In this document: one piece after another, positions 11,240 through 24,634 of the stretch | Position numbering within the stretch: position 1 is the stretch's first letter | Layout: every line of letters starts with the position of its first letter | Assembly: GCF_963921235.1 (NCBI RefSeq) | Contig: NC_086118.1 | Span: 19,408,001 to 19,472,000, forward strand | DNA length: 64,000 bases | DNA from: Mobula hypostoma | Taxonomy: Eukaryota | Direction of reading: 5' to 3' | Notes under the pieces: generated by a model | Told to the model about the DNA's origin: nothing | What the model saw: the letters and a program-made list of their open reading frames with translations, nothing else | Database searches by the model: none | Position numbers and translations under genes: made by a program

Positions 11240-14200
11240 CCTCAACAAACTTCAAATTTCAGTATGCTTCTGGTAGCAACTAAAGATGCTGGTCTCTGGA
11301 AAATACAACTTGTAGTGTCTCTCTTTTGACTTTAGAGTGAGGTTTGAGAGCAGAAACCAGTTCCCTTTGAAGACCATAACTTCCACTAGTGACAGTTCAG
11401 CTCTGCATGCCCAAAATACTAAATACACATTGGACAATCATTCTTAGGTGCTGGCCATCCTTTCTGTATTGTCTCTTTGAGTACTTCCATTGCTTCATCT
11501 GTCCCTGCTACAGTCGTAATCTTCTCTGTTCTATCAGGAGATACTTGAATGGAGGTGACAATCATGTCAACATAGGCCTGTGTATCTGCATTAACCTCTT
11601 GGTCAATCTTTACTTTCTTGCTGACTGCTTGAGACAGCACATCAGCAGCAAACATATACTTTCCTGATATGTAGATCATCTTGACATCATATTTCTGCAG
11701 TCTTATCAAAATATGCTGTATCTTCATGGAAGAGTCATTCAGTGGTTTGGACAAATTTGAGAACTGTGGTTTATGGTCTGTGTTCATTTCAAAAGCTTGT
11801 CCACAGATGTACTGATGGAACCTTTCACATGCGTATGTGCAGGCAAGAAGCTCTTTCTCTATCTGTGCAAAGTTGGCTTCTGCACTTGTTAAAACCCTTG
11901 ATACATAGGCATCAGTTTGTCATGTGTCATCATGCTGCTGCAGTAGTACTGCTCCAAGGCCATACCAGGGTGCCGCGGCCAAGATCCTAGTACATCTTTC
12001 TGCAGCATAAAACATCAACACGGGCTCTTCAGTTCAGATTCTTTTCAGCCCCCGGAAACCCTCTGTGAACTTAGATGTGCTGACACTGTGGATAGTCAAG
12101 GGATGAATTTAGCCAGGTAAGTTAACAACCCCAGGAAGCATCTCAACTCTTCTTTGTTTTGGGGCCTTTCCATGTTCTCAATAGCTGACGTCTTTTTTGT
12201 GTCAGGCATCACTCCCTCTTTCGAAATGACATCTCCTATGAAAGTCAGTGTCTTAACACCAAACTCTCATTCCGCTTTATTTACCTTCAAATTAACATTC
12301 TGTGTCACGTCAAGCACCTGCCTCAGTTGTGCGTTATGCTTTTCCTTGGTGGGCCCCCAGACGATAATGTCATTGTTCATGGTCTCAACACCAGGCATGC
12401 CCTCAAAGATCATGTGGATGGTTTTATGGTAGACTTCTTGTGGGGAGAGGACCTATATGGAAACTGAGGATGTCTTCCCTCTGGTGTGCTAAAAGAACAC
12501 AGTCTTGAATTTGCCCCATCAAGCTTCATCTGCTAAGCTCAGATGAAGTGTCGAATTAGCAAAATCACTTGGGACCTGCAAGCTGGAACATGATCTCCTC
12601 TTGTGTTGGCAATTTAAAATGCTCTCTCTTAATCTTTTGGGTCTAGACCTATCCACAAAGGGCCAATTTCCTTTTGAGATCATAAGACCATAAGAGATAG
12701 GAGCAGAATTTGGCCATTTGGCTCATTGAGTCTGTTCCACCATTTCATTTTGGATGATCCAATTCTCCTCTCAGCCCCAGTCTCCTACCTTCTCCCCATG
12801 TCCCTTCATGCCTTGCCCAATCAAGAATCTATCAACCTCTGCCTTAAATATACATAAATACTTGGCCTCCACAGCTGCCTGTGGCAAATAATTCCACACA
12901 TTCAACACCCTCTGGCTAAAGAAACCCCTCATCATCTCCATTCTAAAAGGACTCCCCGCTATACTGAGGCTAAACTTCCTCCTGGTCTTAGGCTCTCCCA
13001 CTACAGGAATCATACTCTCCACATCCACTCTCTCAAGGCTTTTCACCATTCGATAGGTTTTAATGAGGTCACCCCTCACTCTTCTGAATTCCAACGAATA
13101 CAGGCCCAGAGTCATCCAACGCTCTTCATATAACAAGCCATTCGATCCTGGAATCATTTTTCTGAAGCTCCTTTGAACCCTCTTCAGTTTCAATACATCC
13201 TTCAAAGATAAGGGGCACAAATACTCACGATACTCCAAGTAAGGGCTCACTAGTATTTTATAAAGTCTTAACACTACATCCTTGTTTTTATATTCTAGTC
13301 TTCTTGAAATGAATTCTAACATTGTATTTTCTTTCCTTACCACAGGCTCAACCAGCAAATTAACCTGTAGGGAATCCTGCACAAGGACTTCCATGTCCCT
13401 TCGCTCCTTTGTTTTTTTAGTATTTTCTCTCCATTTAGAAAATAATCGGTCTTTTTATTTCTTCTACCAAAGTTGATGATCATACACTTCCTGACACTGT
13501 ACTCCATCTGCCATTCCTTTGTCCGTTCTCCTAATCTGTTTAAGTCCTTCTGTAGCTTCTCTACTTCCTCAAAACTAACTGCTGCTCCACCTATCTTCAT
13601 ACCATCTGCAAACTTTGCAACAAAGCCATCAATTCCATCATCCAAATCATTGAGATATCGTGTAAAAAGAGTTGATCCCAACGCAGAACGGTATAGAATA
13701 CCACTAATCACCAGCAGCCAAGCAGAAAAGGCTCTCTTTATTCCTACTCTTTGACTTCTGCCAATCAACCACATCTTTAACCATGCTTTCCTATAATAAC
13801 ATGGGTTCATAGCTTGTTAAGCAGTATCATATGTGGCATTTTGTCAAAGGCCTTCTGAAAATCCAAGTACACAACATCAACTGATTCTCCTTCATCTATC
13901 CTGCTTGTTGTTTCTTTAAAATATTCCAACAGATTTGTCGGGCAAGATTTTCCCTTAAGGAAACTATGCTGACTAGAGCCTACTTTATCATGTTCCTCCA
14001 AGTATATGATTATCATCCTTGATAATCGACACCAACATCTTCCCAACCACTGAGGTTAGACTCACTGGCCTATAGTTTCCTTTCTTCTGCCTCTCTCCCT
14101 TCATGAAGGGTGGAATGACATTTGCAGTTTTCCAGTCTTCTAGACTCTAGTGTTTCTTGAAAGATCATTACTAATACCTGCACAATCTCTTCAGCTACCT

Positions 14201-16985
14201 TTTTCAGAACCCTAGGGTGTACACCATCTAGTCCAGGTGACTTACCTACCCTCAAACTGTTCAGTTTCCTAAGAACCTTCCATCTAGTAATGCTAACTCC
14301 ATACATTTCTTGACCGCCGACACCTGGAACTTCCACCGTACTGCAAATGTCTTGCACAGTGAAGAATGATGCAAAATACTTATTCAGTTCGTCTGCCATT
14401 TCCTTGTCCACAGTTACTGCCTGTCCAGCATTGTTTTCCTACAGACTGATATCCACTCTTGCCTCTCTTTTACACTTTACGTATCTGAAGAAATGTTTGG
14501 TATCCTCCTTAATATTATTGGCTAACTTACTTTTGTATTCCATCTTTATCTTCTTGATGACTTTTTTAGTTGTTTTCTGTTGATATATGAAAGCTTCCCA
14601 CTCCCCTAACTTTCCACTAATTTTTGCTCTATTATATGCCCTATCTATGGCTTTTATGTTGGCTTTGATTCTTTTGCTAGTGACAGTTGTTTCATCTTTC
14701 TTTTAAAATACTTCTTCCTCTTTGGGATGTATATATCCTGTGCCTTCCAGAAATTCCAGCCATTGCTGCTGTGCCGAAATCCCTGCCAGTGTTCTTTTCC
14801 GATTAATTCTGGTCAACTCCCATGTAATACCGGTACATCTGACTTTAGCTTCTCCTTCTCAAATTTCAAAGAGAATTCAATCTTATTATGATAACTTACC
14901 CCTAAGGGTTCTTTTATCTTAAATTCTCTGATGAATTCTGGTTCAATGCACAACACCCAATCCAGAATAGCTGATCCCCTAGAGGGCTCAACCATGAGCT
15001 GCTCTAAAATGCTATCTTGTAGGCACTCTAGAAATTTACCCTCCAGGAATCCAGCTCCAACCTGATTTTCCCAATCTACCTGCGTATTGAAATTCCCCAT
15101 GACTATTGTAAGGCATGCATTTTCTATCTCCCATTGAAATTTGCAGATCATTTCCATACTAATGTTTGGGGGTCTGTATATAACTCCCATCAGGGTCTTT
15201 TTAACCTTGCAGTTCCTTTCAATACAATGTGTATCCTTGGACATTAAGCTGCTGGCTATAATCTTCTTTCAGCAATGATTCAGTGATGCCTACAACAACT
15301 AGCCTGCTAATTTGTTCATCGACCTCATTCCATATACTGTGCTGTCAAATGTAACACCCTCGGTCCTGTGTCAACACTTTTTGATTTTGTCCACCTTTTA
15401 CATTGCGACTCATCCTGTAGCCAATGCACAATTGCCAGTGAGCTCACTCAATCTGTTGGTTCTTCAATTTTCTGTATGGCATGAATGCTAGTTCTTGTTT
15501 GAGTTTGTCTTTAAATGCATATGGAACTTTCCTGCATGCATGGATAACAGAAGCCACTGTCTCATCTACATAAATTTTGTGTACACCAGATAAGCATCTG
15601 AGCCCCTCAGAGATATCTGGGTACTCTTCCATAAGTGAAGTGTTGTCATTTTTGGACTATAGAGCCGCTATGAAAACTCTTTTCACCAGTTTAAGGTTTT
15701 TGCATGCACTCAGACCTAATGGTTGTACTGGCTTTTCTACGATCAGCAGCTGTGCCCCTTATGCTTGCAGGTTACTATACAGCAATCTTTTACTGGTACA
15801 TTCTCCCCAGTATAGCATGTCATATTTAACTTCACTAGATAAACCTTGCCCTTTATTTTGAGAGTCTTAAAACCATACATGGACAGCAGATTCACCTAGG
15901 TTCCGATACCAAGCTTGAATGGAATTACAGTCTCATTCACAGTCACTGAAACAATCCGTTCTGTTTTACCAGCTCTAGCAATCTGTAAAGAATCCACTAA
16001 GACTTCCACCATTTCCTCAGCAACCACATGCGCCTTTCTCTTGGTAGCCCCACCACTGCAGCAATTTGCTAAGTGATTCCTCTTCCCACAGTTATAGCAG
16101 GATTTTCCACAAGCAGGACACATCTTTTGAATGTGCCTCCCTCCACATTTGCTGTTTGAGCCTCTCTTACTTCACTGTTGCTTTGTGCTCTGTCCCTCTG
16201 TTTTCACAGCATGCAGGCCATTATCTGGGATCCTGCAGACTATCTTGGCTCTAACTAGTAAGTCTCTCAAATCTCCAAACTGACAGGACTGACTCAGTGT
16301 GTGAAGCTCAGCTAAGTCAAGGCTAGCACCTTATTTTTGGTCACAGGAAAAGAACTTGTATATTTCAAACGTGATGTTTTTACATGGGAAAAAATACTCC
16401 TCAAATTTTGTCATCAGTGTCCAATGTCAAGGCTGTCTCATCAATTTGAAAGCTGTTGAAGATGTCCAAAGCATCTTTGCCAAACACATGTAGAAAGATA
16501 GATGTTTTCAAATACTCAGCAGCCCCTCCCGCTCTGCTTGTTGCTATATGTATATTTTGAATCGCTCTTTGAAGCACTTCCAGCTGTCCGATGGATTGCT
16601 GTTAAACTGCATAGGTGCGGGAGGGCTTAGTATATTCATGACTGATATTTCGGGCTCTCACCTGAATCTGTCTTGGTGAATTTGGTGAACAAAGGCAGCT
16701 TCAGGACCCAATGTTGCCGTCTGTCCAGCAACTTTGCTTTGTCAGAACCTAGCATCTCTTTCTTAATCCCTCACGATACATTTACGCTCCACGTTCAGAC
16801 CTCACACCGACTTCTGACACCACAATATATTTGTTCTTAATAAAGACAAACAGTGTGGGCAAAAACGCTATCACATATTTAGTTACAGGTAATGGCTTGC
16901 AGCTTGACATGAGCGAACGCGACCAGCTTGCCAATGTCACTTCCAGTTGCCCACTGGGAACTGCGGTTCTTTATTATGTACACAC
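11240..16985 (-). mobile_element. Degenerate Gypsy (K02A2.6-like) LTR retrotransposon interrupted by a CR1
   Basis: PBS TGGTGTCAGAAGT (tRNA-Leu type; + strand acttctgacacca 16810-16822). Gag zinc knuckle CPACGKSCYNCGKRNH (15896-16123), RT pieces (15444-15632, ~12150-12670), RNaseH TDHKP..GKYMFAADVLSQA (11419-11787). Confidence 0.85.
12681..15420 (-). mobile_element. CR1 LINE, 5' truncated, degenerate ORF2
   Basis: APE pieces (GVIYRPPN, 14813-15244), RT VYLDFQKAFDK and KFADG (13337-14046), C-terminus LGLYSLEFRR (12771-13394), (cataagac)n tail at 12681. Confidence 0.93.
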
Positions 16986-17215
16986 ATAAAAACACAAACA
17001 CCAGAGTTGAGCAGCTTCTCACTCTGTGCCCATCTAGTTAACTGATATCAAGAGCAGTGGACAGTGAATCTCCTTGTCCCTTGAGGAAGCGTCCATTGGT
17101 TCATCTGCTGGGACCATAAGACCATAAGACCATAAGACAAAGGAGCAGAAGTAGGCCATTCGACCCATCGAGTCTGCTCCGCCATTTTATCATGAGCTGA
17201 TCCATTTTATCCTAT

Positions 17216-20037
17216 TTAGTCCCACTGCCCCGCCTTCTCACCATAACCTTTGATGCCCTGGCTACTCAGATACCTATCAATCTCTGCCTTAAATACACCC
17301 AATGACTTGGCCTCCACTGCTGCCCGTGGCAACAAATTCCATAGATTCACCACCCTCTGACTAAAAAAAATTTTTCGCATTTCTGTTCTGAAAGGGCGCC
17401 CTTCAATCCTGAAGTCATGCCCTCTCGTACTAGACTCCCCCATCATGGGAAACAAACTTTGCCACATCCACTATGTCCATGCCTTTTAACATTCGAAATG
17501 TTTCTATGAGATCTCCCCTCATTCTTCTAAACTCCAAGGAATACAGGCCAAGAGCGGACAAACGTTCCTCATATGTTAACCCTCTCATTCCCGGAATCAT
17601 TCTAGTGAATCTTCTCTGTACCCTCTCCAACGCCAGCACATCCTTTCTTAAATAAGGAGACCAAAACTGCCCACAGTACTCCAAGTGAGGTCTCACCAGC
17701 GCCTTTTAGAGCCTCAATATTACATCCCTGCTCCTATACTCTATTCCTCTAGAAATGAATGCCAACATTGCATTCGCCTTCTTCACTACTGACTCAACCT
17801 GGAGGTTAACTTTAAGGGAATCCTGTACGAGGACTCCCAAGTCCCGTTGCATCTCAGAACTTTGAATTCTTTCCCCATTTAAATAATAGTCTGCCCGTTT
17901 ATTTTTTCTGCCAAAGTGCATAACCATACACTTTCCAACATTGTACTTCATTTGCCACTTCTCTGTCCATTCTTCCAATCTATCCAAATCTCTCTGCAGA
18001 CTCTCCATTTCCTCAGCACTACCGGCCCCTCCACCTATCTTCGTATCGTCAGCAAACTTAGCCACAAAGCCATCTATTCCATAATCCAAATCGTTGGTGT
18101 ACAATGTAAAAAGAAGCAGCCCCAACACTGATCCCTGTGGAACACCACTGGTAACCGGTAGCCAACCAGAATAGGATCCATTTATTCCCACTCTCTGTTT
18201 CCTGCCAATCAGCCAACGCTCTATCCATGTATGTAACTTTCCTGTAATTCCATGGGCTCTTATTTTGTTAAGTAGCTTCATGTGTGGCATCTTGTCAAAG
18301 GCCTTCTGAAAATCCAAATATACAACATCCACTGCATCTCCCTTGTCTAGCCTACTGGTAATTTCCTCAAAAAATTGTAATAGGTTTGTCAGGCAGGATT
18401 TTCCTTTAAGGAATCCATGCTGAGTTCTGCCTATCTTGTCATATGCCTCCAGGTACTCTGTAACCTCATCCTTGACAATCGACTCCAACAACTTCCCAAC
18501 CACCGACGTCAAGCTAACAGGTCTATAATTTCCTTTTTGCTTCCTTGCCCCCTTCTTAAATAGCGGAGTGATATTTGCAATCTTCCAGTCTTCCGGAACC
18601 ATGCCAGAATCTATCGACTTTTAAAAGATCATCGCTAATGCCTCCGCAATCTCCACAGCTACTTCCTTCAGAACACGAGGGTGCATTCCATCTGGTCCAG
18701 GAGATTTATCGACCTTTAGCCTATTCAGCTTCCTGAGTACTTTCTCTGTTGTAATTGTGACTGCGCACACTTCTCTTCTCTGCCACCCTTGAGTGTCTGG
18801 TATCCTGCTGTCTTCCTCAGTGAAGACTGATGCAAAATACTTGTTCAGTTCCTCTGCCATCTCCTTATCTCCAACTACAATTTCTCCAGTATCATTTTCT
18901 ATCGGTCCTATATCTACTCTCACCTGTCTTTTACTCTTTATATACTTGAAAAAACTTTTACTATCCTCTTTGATATTATTTGCTAGTTTCCTTTCATAGT
19001 TAATCTTTTCTCTCTTAATGACCTTCTTGGTTTCCTTTTGTAAGGTTTTAAAGACTTCCCAATCCTCTGTCTTCCCACTAATTTTTGCTTCCTTGTATGC
19101 CCTCTCCTTAGCTTTAACTTTGGCTTTGACTTCTCTTGTCAACCACGGTGTCAAACTTTTTCCACTCGAAAATTTCTTCTTTTTTGGAATATACCTGTCT
19201 TGCACATTCCTCATTTCTCGCATAAACTCCAGCCACTGCTGCTCTGCCGTCTTTCCCGCCAGTGTCTCTTTCCAGTCAACGTTCCTCTCTCATGCCACTG
19301 TAGTTTCCTTTACTCCACTGAAACACCGACACATCAGATTTCGGCTTCTCTTTTTCTAATTTCACAGTGAACTCAATCATGTTATGATCACTGCCTCCTA
19401 AGGGTTCTTTCACCTCAATCTCTCCAATCACCTCCGGTTCATTACACAATACCCAATCTAGTACAGCCGATCCCCTAGTGGGCTCAACAACAAGCTGTTC
19501 TAAAAAACCATCTCACAGACATTCTACAAATTCTCTCTCTTGAGATCCAGTGCCGACCTGATTTTTCCAATCTACTCGCATGTTAAAATCCCCCACAATT
19601 ATCATAACACTGCCCTGGTGACGAGCCTTTTCTATTTCCAGTTGTAATTTGTAGTCCACATCCCTGCAGCTGTTTGGAGGCCTATAAATAACTGCCATTA
19701 GGGTCCTTTTACCCCTGCTATTCCTTAGCTCAACCCATAAAGATTCTGCACCTTCCGATCCTATATCACCTCTTTCTAATGATTTAATATCATTTCTTAC
19801 CAATAAAGCCATGCCTCCCCCTCTGCCTACCTTCCTATCCTTCCGATACACCGTGTATCCTTGGACGTTCAGCTCCCAGAGACATGTATCCTTTAGCCAG
19901 GTCTCAGTGATGGCCACAATATCATACCTGCCAATCTGTAGCTGTACAACAAGATCATCCACCTTATTTCTTATGCTGCGTGCATTTAAGTACAACACCT
20001 TAAGACCAGTATTTGATACTTTTTGCTTTGATTTCAC
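17216..20037 (-). pseudogene. CR1 ORF2 (APE endonuclease + reverse transcriptase), broken by a few frameshifts/stops
   Basis: YLNARSIRNK, GDFN (19513-20037); NYRPVSLTS, LDFQKAFDK, GVPQGSVLG, KFADDTK (17706-18602). Confidence 0.93.
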
Positions 20038-20176
20038 TGCAACTCATCCCAATGGCTACGCATTTGCCCCATCACCTGCCTGTCTTTCCTGACATCTTTA
20101 CTGCTCACTATCTTAGATTTATTTCTGTTTTCCCCTTCCTCCGCTCTATCATTCCGGTTCCCATCCCCCTGCCAAA

Positions 20177-20839
20177 TTAGTTTAAACCCTCCCTAACAGC
20201 TCTACTAAACTTTCCCACCAGGATATTGGTCCCCTTCGGGTTCAGGTGTAACCTGTCCTTTTTGAACAGGTCATACTTTCCCCAGATGAGATCCCAATTA
20301 TCCAAGAATCTGAAGTCCTGCCCCCTACACCAGTCTCTCAGCCAGACATTCATCTGCCTGATCCGACTACTCTTGCCCTCGCTAGCATGTGGCACAGGTA
20401 GCAATCCCGAGATTACTACCCTGGAGGTCCTGCTTCTCAGCTTCCTTCCTAACTCCTGGAAATCTCTCTTCAGGACCTCCTCCTTTGTCCTATCTATGTC
20501 ATTGGTACCAACATGTACCAAGACAACTGGCTGCTCACCCTCCCCCTTTAGAATATTCAGGACCGGATCCGAGACATCCCATACCCTGGCACCTGGAAGG
20601 CAACACACCATGTGAGTATCTCTGTCAGGCTCACAGAATCTCCTGTCTGTTCCCCTGACTATGGAATCCCTCACGACTACAGCATTTCTCTTCACCCTCC
20701 TTCTCTCATGCACAACAGCGCCAGGCTCAGTGCCAGAGACCCGGTCACCGTGGGCGTCCCCCATCAGGTCATCCCCCTCAGCAGCATCCAGAACAAGATA
20801 TTTGTTGCTGAGGGGGACGGCCACAGGGGTGCTCTCCAC
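20177..20839 (-). CDS. CR1 ORF1 C-terminal part with SGNH/GDSL esterase domain
   Basis: VVVRDSIVR (GDS motif mutated to RDS), CCLPGARV, VHVGTNDI, D(R)LHLNPKG; open 220 aa. Confidence 0.85.
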   Translation of the reverse strand: MESTPVAVPLSNKYLVLDAAEGDDLMGDAHGDRVSGTEPGAVVHERRRVKRNAVVVRDSIVRGTDRRFCEPDRDTHMVCCLPGARVWDVSDPVLNILKGEGEQPVVLVHVGTNDIDRTKEEVLKRDFQELGRKLRSRTSRVVISGLLPVPHASEGKSSRIRQMNVWLRDWCRGQDFRFLDNWDLIWGKYDLFKKDRLHLNPKGTNILVGKFSRAVREGLN

Positions 20840-20894
20840 TATTCGGGCATTTCCCTTCCCTCTCTTGACAGTGACCCAGTGTTCTGACTCCTGC

Positions 20895-23680
20895 TAGCTT
20901 CATCAGCAAAGGAATCTCCTGAAGCTTCTCTGGGATCCCCCCCGCCCAACCATCAGTTCATTAGTGTAGATGATTCAAACATCGCTTAACAATTCATCCG
21001 TTGGTTAGCTCAAGTTCTTCATCTTGACTGTGACAATGCTGAATGACAGTCAGTAGCCAGTTTTCTTCATGTGAGATGAACATGCAGACTTTGTTTCTGG
21101 CTCCGAAAATTCACAGCCTAGTGTGTATTTCGTATTTTTGTTTCATGGCCTCTTGCTTGCCGTAAATTTCTGAATGGCTGGCTGTAAGAAATCTGCTCTG
21201 TGTTTACTTTCTCTTCTACCTTTAGAAGCAGTTTATCTTCTACCTTTAGGCCCACCACATATGGCACTGAGTGAGCCTTATAAAACTCCAACTGGCAGTT
21301 CTCCTTGAACTTGAACCTAGCTGCCAAACTGCTTGGAAAACCCACTGGTGCTTTGGTGATAGAGAATTCAATGCGGGTTTCCCTCTGTAATGCTCTGGTC
21401 AAGATTTCTGCTGCTATGCTGTGAGATAGTTTATATCAGTGGTTTTCTGTAAAAGCTGTGTGCTATGCTGGAAAGTGTGTTTTAGCTTTAGCTAAGCTAA
21501 GGACCATGTTGTCCAACTTAGGAATGTGAGTCAGCCAATCAGGATTGTGGGATGTGAGAGAAAGTTCTAGAAGGCTGTGGGAAAGAGTTTTCTGAAGGAT
21601 CGTTGACTGGTTTGAGATCTTTTGGCAGGAGATTTGAAGCGGGGCACAAGGGAAGTTTGCGCAGAATACCGTTGGAAGGAGCGTTCCCGTGCAAGAAGTG
21701 CTTTGTGCAGGTGAATGGCTCCAAGGAGGAAGGGCCAATACTCCACAGAGAGAGCCTGTTAGTTCGAGATGGTCTTCAAGGGAAGTTTGGAATGTGGCGA
21801 GTGTTTTCACGCAGACCGTGGGTCCAGTGAGTGAGTAAAGAGATACACCCCCAGCTACTTCAGTGTGAGCTCCAACAATCATGTGCACATTGGACTGTTT
21901 TAACTGTAATGGGCCCTTTACCTTTCTTTTCTTTTTCTGTAACTGTTTGTAAAAGTTGAAAATTTAGTAAATATACTATTTTTATAATTTTATGCTCGTG
22001 TATCTGTCATTTCTGGGCTACCAATAATAGTGTATGGCTAGTATTGACACAGCATTCGCTCAAATTGAGCTTCCTTTAGTCAGAAGATCAGGACATTCCA
22101 GCTTGTTTGAACCCCAAATCATACTGACCCTAGATGTAAATCTTTTATGAAAGGTGGCATTCTCACTGCTGAGTCACATGGCTGTTAACAGAGTTAGCTA
22201 ACGGGCCAGATCTGTAAATGAGCCCCGGGTGAGGGTTACACTTACAATATGGTTGATGCAGGACAACACCAACGGAATCATTTTAATCCAATTTCTGCAG
22301 AGCAAATCAGACCATCCCCTGGCCATGTGTACGGGTAAGTGAAACAGGTCTGCCTAGTGACCCCTTTCTGCCGAAGACACTGCTGTCTCCTGTGCAGCTG
22401 CAAAACACCAGGTTTGGTGGTCATAATTTTGGGATCTGGCAGAAGCAAACTCACTTACCAAGGTGAAAGCTGTCCACTGTGAGTGCAACCAAGTAAGGAG
22501 GCTTGCGTTGGTGGCCCATGTCGCTGGTTTGGAAAATAGTGCCCGGTTATTCGCTCCAGCTATCTCCTTGTGTGAAATTGAATTCCACCTTTTTCTCATG
22601 GCACATTGCTTAGTGAAGCACACTTTCTTGAGGTACCATACCTTCTGACAGTACAGCATTTTGATGCTTGCAATCAGACTATTGGGCGTGAGCTTCCCCA
22701 TGGTGATGGCATCTCTGTGAAGGCTTACTTGATCTCTGTGGAGACTATAAGCTGTGAGTCGGTTTCTGCTAGCAACCATTGACGTTTTTGGAAGGGGTTC
22801 TCGCTCCAGTACTCTCTGAATCAGTACTGATGGGGGTGGGAGGTGGCACTGAATCCATGTAATTGAGTGCCTCCTGGCAAGCTGTACAGCATGCCGTGTC
22901 TCAGGACAAACCATGCTTTTCAGACCAAAGGCTCTCCTGTGTCCTCCCAGCTTGGACTCCAACAATCAAATCTTGGATAAGTATTGCTTCTTCAAATTTG
23001 TTTGGAGAATAGCTTTGCACTGCATTCCTGCACCACTAGGGCCAGTCTTGTGATGAAATCATCTACGTTTTTGTCAGTGCTCTGCCATGGCTGCAAGAAC
23101 CTGAAGCACACTGTAAAGACTTTGTCTTGCATCCCCCGAATGTTGTCCAAAGACTCCAACGCATTGTTAATTCGGATTCATTCCATGGGTGCAGAGTATC
23201 AAAGCGTTTCTGCCTGAGTTGTCTCAAGTTCATCCAGGGCAGCTTGAGTTTTACTGCTTCTTCCAGCGTTGCTGCTGGTGTTAAATTGGCGCGGAGTTCG
23301 GAGTAGTCCAAAGAGGTATTTTTCCATTTGCAGCCGCATTCCGGTGGTTAGTTTTGCCAAAGCTGCAGCCCAAAATGAATTGGGTGCTTGGAGTAGAGGG
23401 ACCATATCTGCATTGATCTTGTCGCCAAATGTTAGAAATGCACAGATCAAGAACTACAACCGAGTCATGTGATTAAATGTTTTTAGAATCATGTTAGCAA
23501 CAATACACGCTGGGCAACTTACAGCATGAGAGTAATGAACCAGGCCCATCAAGAGAAAACACATGCGCACTCAAAAGATTGCTTCCAAAAATGAAAGCCC
23601 TCTGCTAGTAGAAGGCACAATCGATTCACCGTGCCATCAAAAAGCCACATACGCACCTGCCACTTTCTCAGAATTAATCT
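20895..23680 (-). mobile_element. Degenerate Gypsy (K02A2.6-like) gag/pol fragment; its continuation at ~17030-17110 is split off by the CR1
   Basis: FYKAHSVPY..KVE (21118-21402) pre-RT motif; gag-like remnants 22354-23450. Confidence 0.65.
21420..22240 (+). repeat. Probable solo LTR nested in the Gypsy fragment
   Basis: Begins TGTGAG, ends GGTTACA; shares motif 'gtgagctccaac...tgtgcac..ggac' with the solo LTR at 24905-25536; no clean TSD seen. Confidence 0.55.
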
Positions 23681-24634
23681 AATACGTTCAAAGAATGAAA
23701 ATGTTTTATGAAACAGCTTTTCTAAAAATGCAGATGGAAGATTATTACAATTGAACCAACTGCTTAAATTTCAACCTTGATCTATTTTTGGACTTCTGCA
23801 GATTTAATGTAGGAGTTCTACTTAGTCTTGAGACACAGAGAGCCAGACCTAAAATTAAAGTGGAAAATTACCACACCTTGATATAGTTTTTATCACTTGT
23901 CTAAATCTCTTCAGTATTCTGGAATATAGGTTAACTAATTAAAGGAAGAGCACCTGATCCAGAAATGATTGTAGAAAGAACGACAATCTTTCCCATTTAC
24001 TAAAAGGCAAGTATGCATAAGCTTTTCTTCACAAACAGCACTTCTTGGGTTTGAACAGCTGGGAATTGCTTTTGTAAAGAATTGATTGGTATTAACTGAA
24101 GTCTCTGCTTTATGCAAAGTTGTAACTTTCTCAGTAATTTCCCAAAAGACAGTTTCCTACCACTTCTTAACTTTTTTGTCAAATACAGCCAGTGCATGCA
24201 AAGTCTCGAGTGGCGCAGAAAAATAAGAACACAGAGAAAAGAATATAGTGACAACAACTGACAGGGCATTCAAAGTGCTTCTTAATTTATATATTGCAAT
24301 TGTCTATAAAGAGCAAAGAGCTTAACTGAAAATGAGAAGAAGGAAATACAGACGTTCGGTGTCCGAAAGAGCAGAAAATGCTGGAAAAACTCAACAGTTC
24401 AGGCTGCAGCCATAGGAAGAGAAATAAAGTTAATATGCCAGAGGGTTATCTGATTTACAGTTGGAGGAGATTGTTATTTATTCAAGAGGTGAGGGCTTAT
24501 GGTCAGAAGTTAAATTATTCTGCTTCATTTTAGAAGAAACGAATTGACAAGCACCTCCTTTATTAAGTGCAAACCTTTCAAAATGTGACTTTATCCAGAG
24601 GAGCATCATTATGGATTTTCTTGTGGATCATGGT

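Larger units (their letters stand above)
17114..20890 (-). mobile_element. Relatively young CR1 LINE with ORF1 (esterase) and lightly disrupted ORF2
   Basis: (cataagac)3 tail at 17114-17140; collinear long ORFs for APE, linker, RT and C-terminus; candidate TSD ctgct at ~17105 and ~20891. Confidence 0.95.

Noticed and set aside
17114..17140. Short tandem arrays as CRISPR-like or regulatory repeats
   Set aside because: (cataagac)n, (attag)n and (agaattc)n are LINE 3' tails, and (att)n at ~58205-58236 is a microsatellite; no spacers, eukaryotic context
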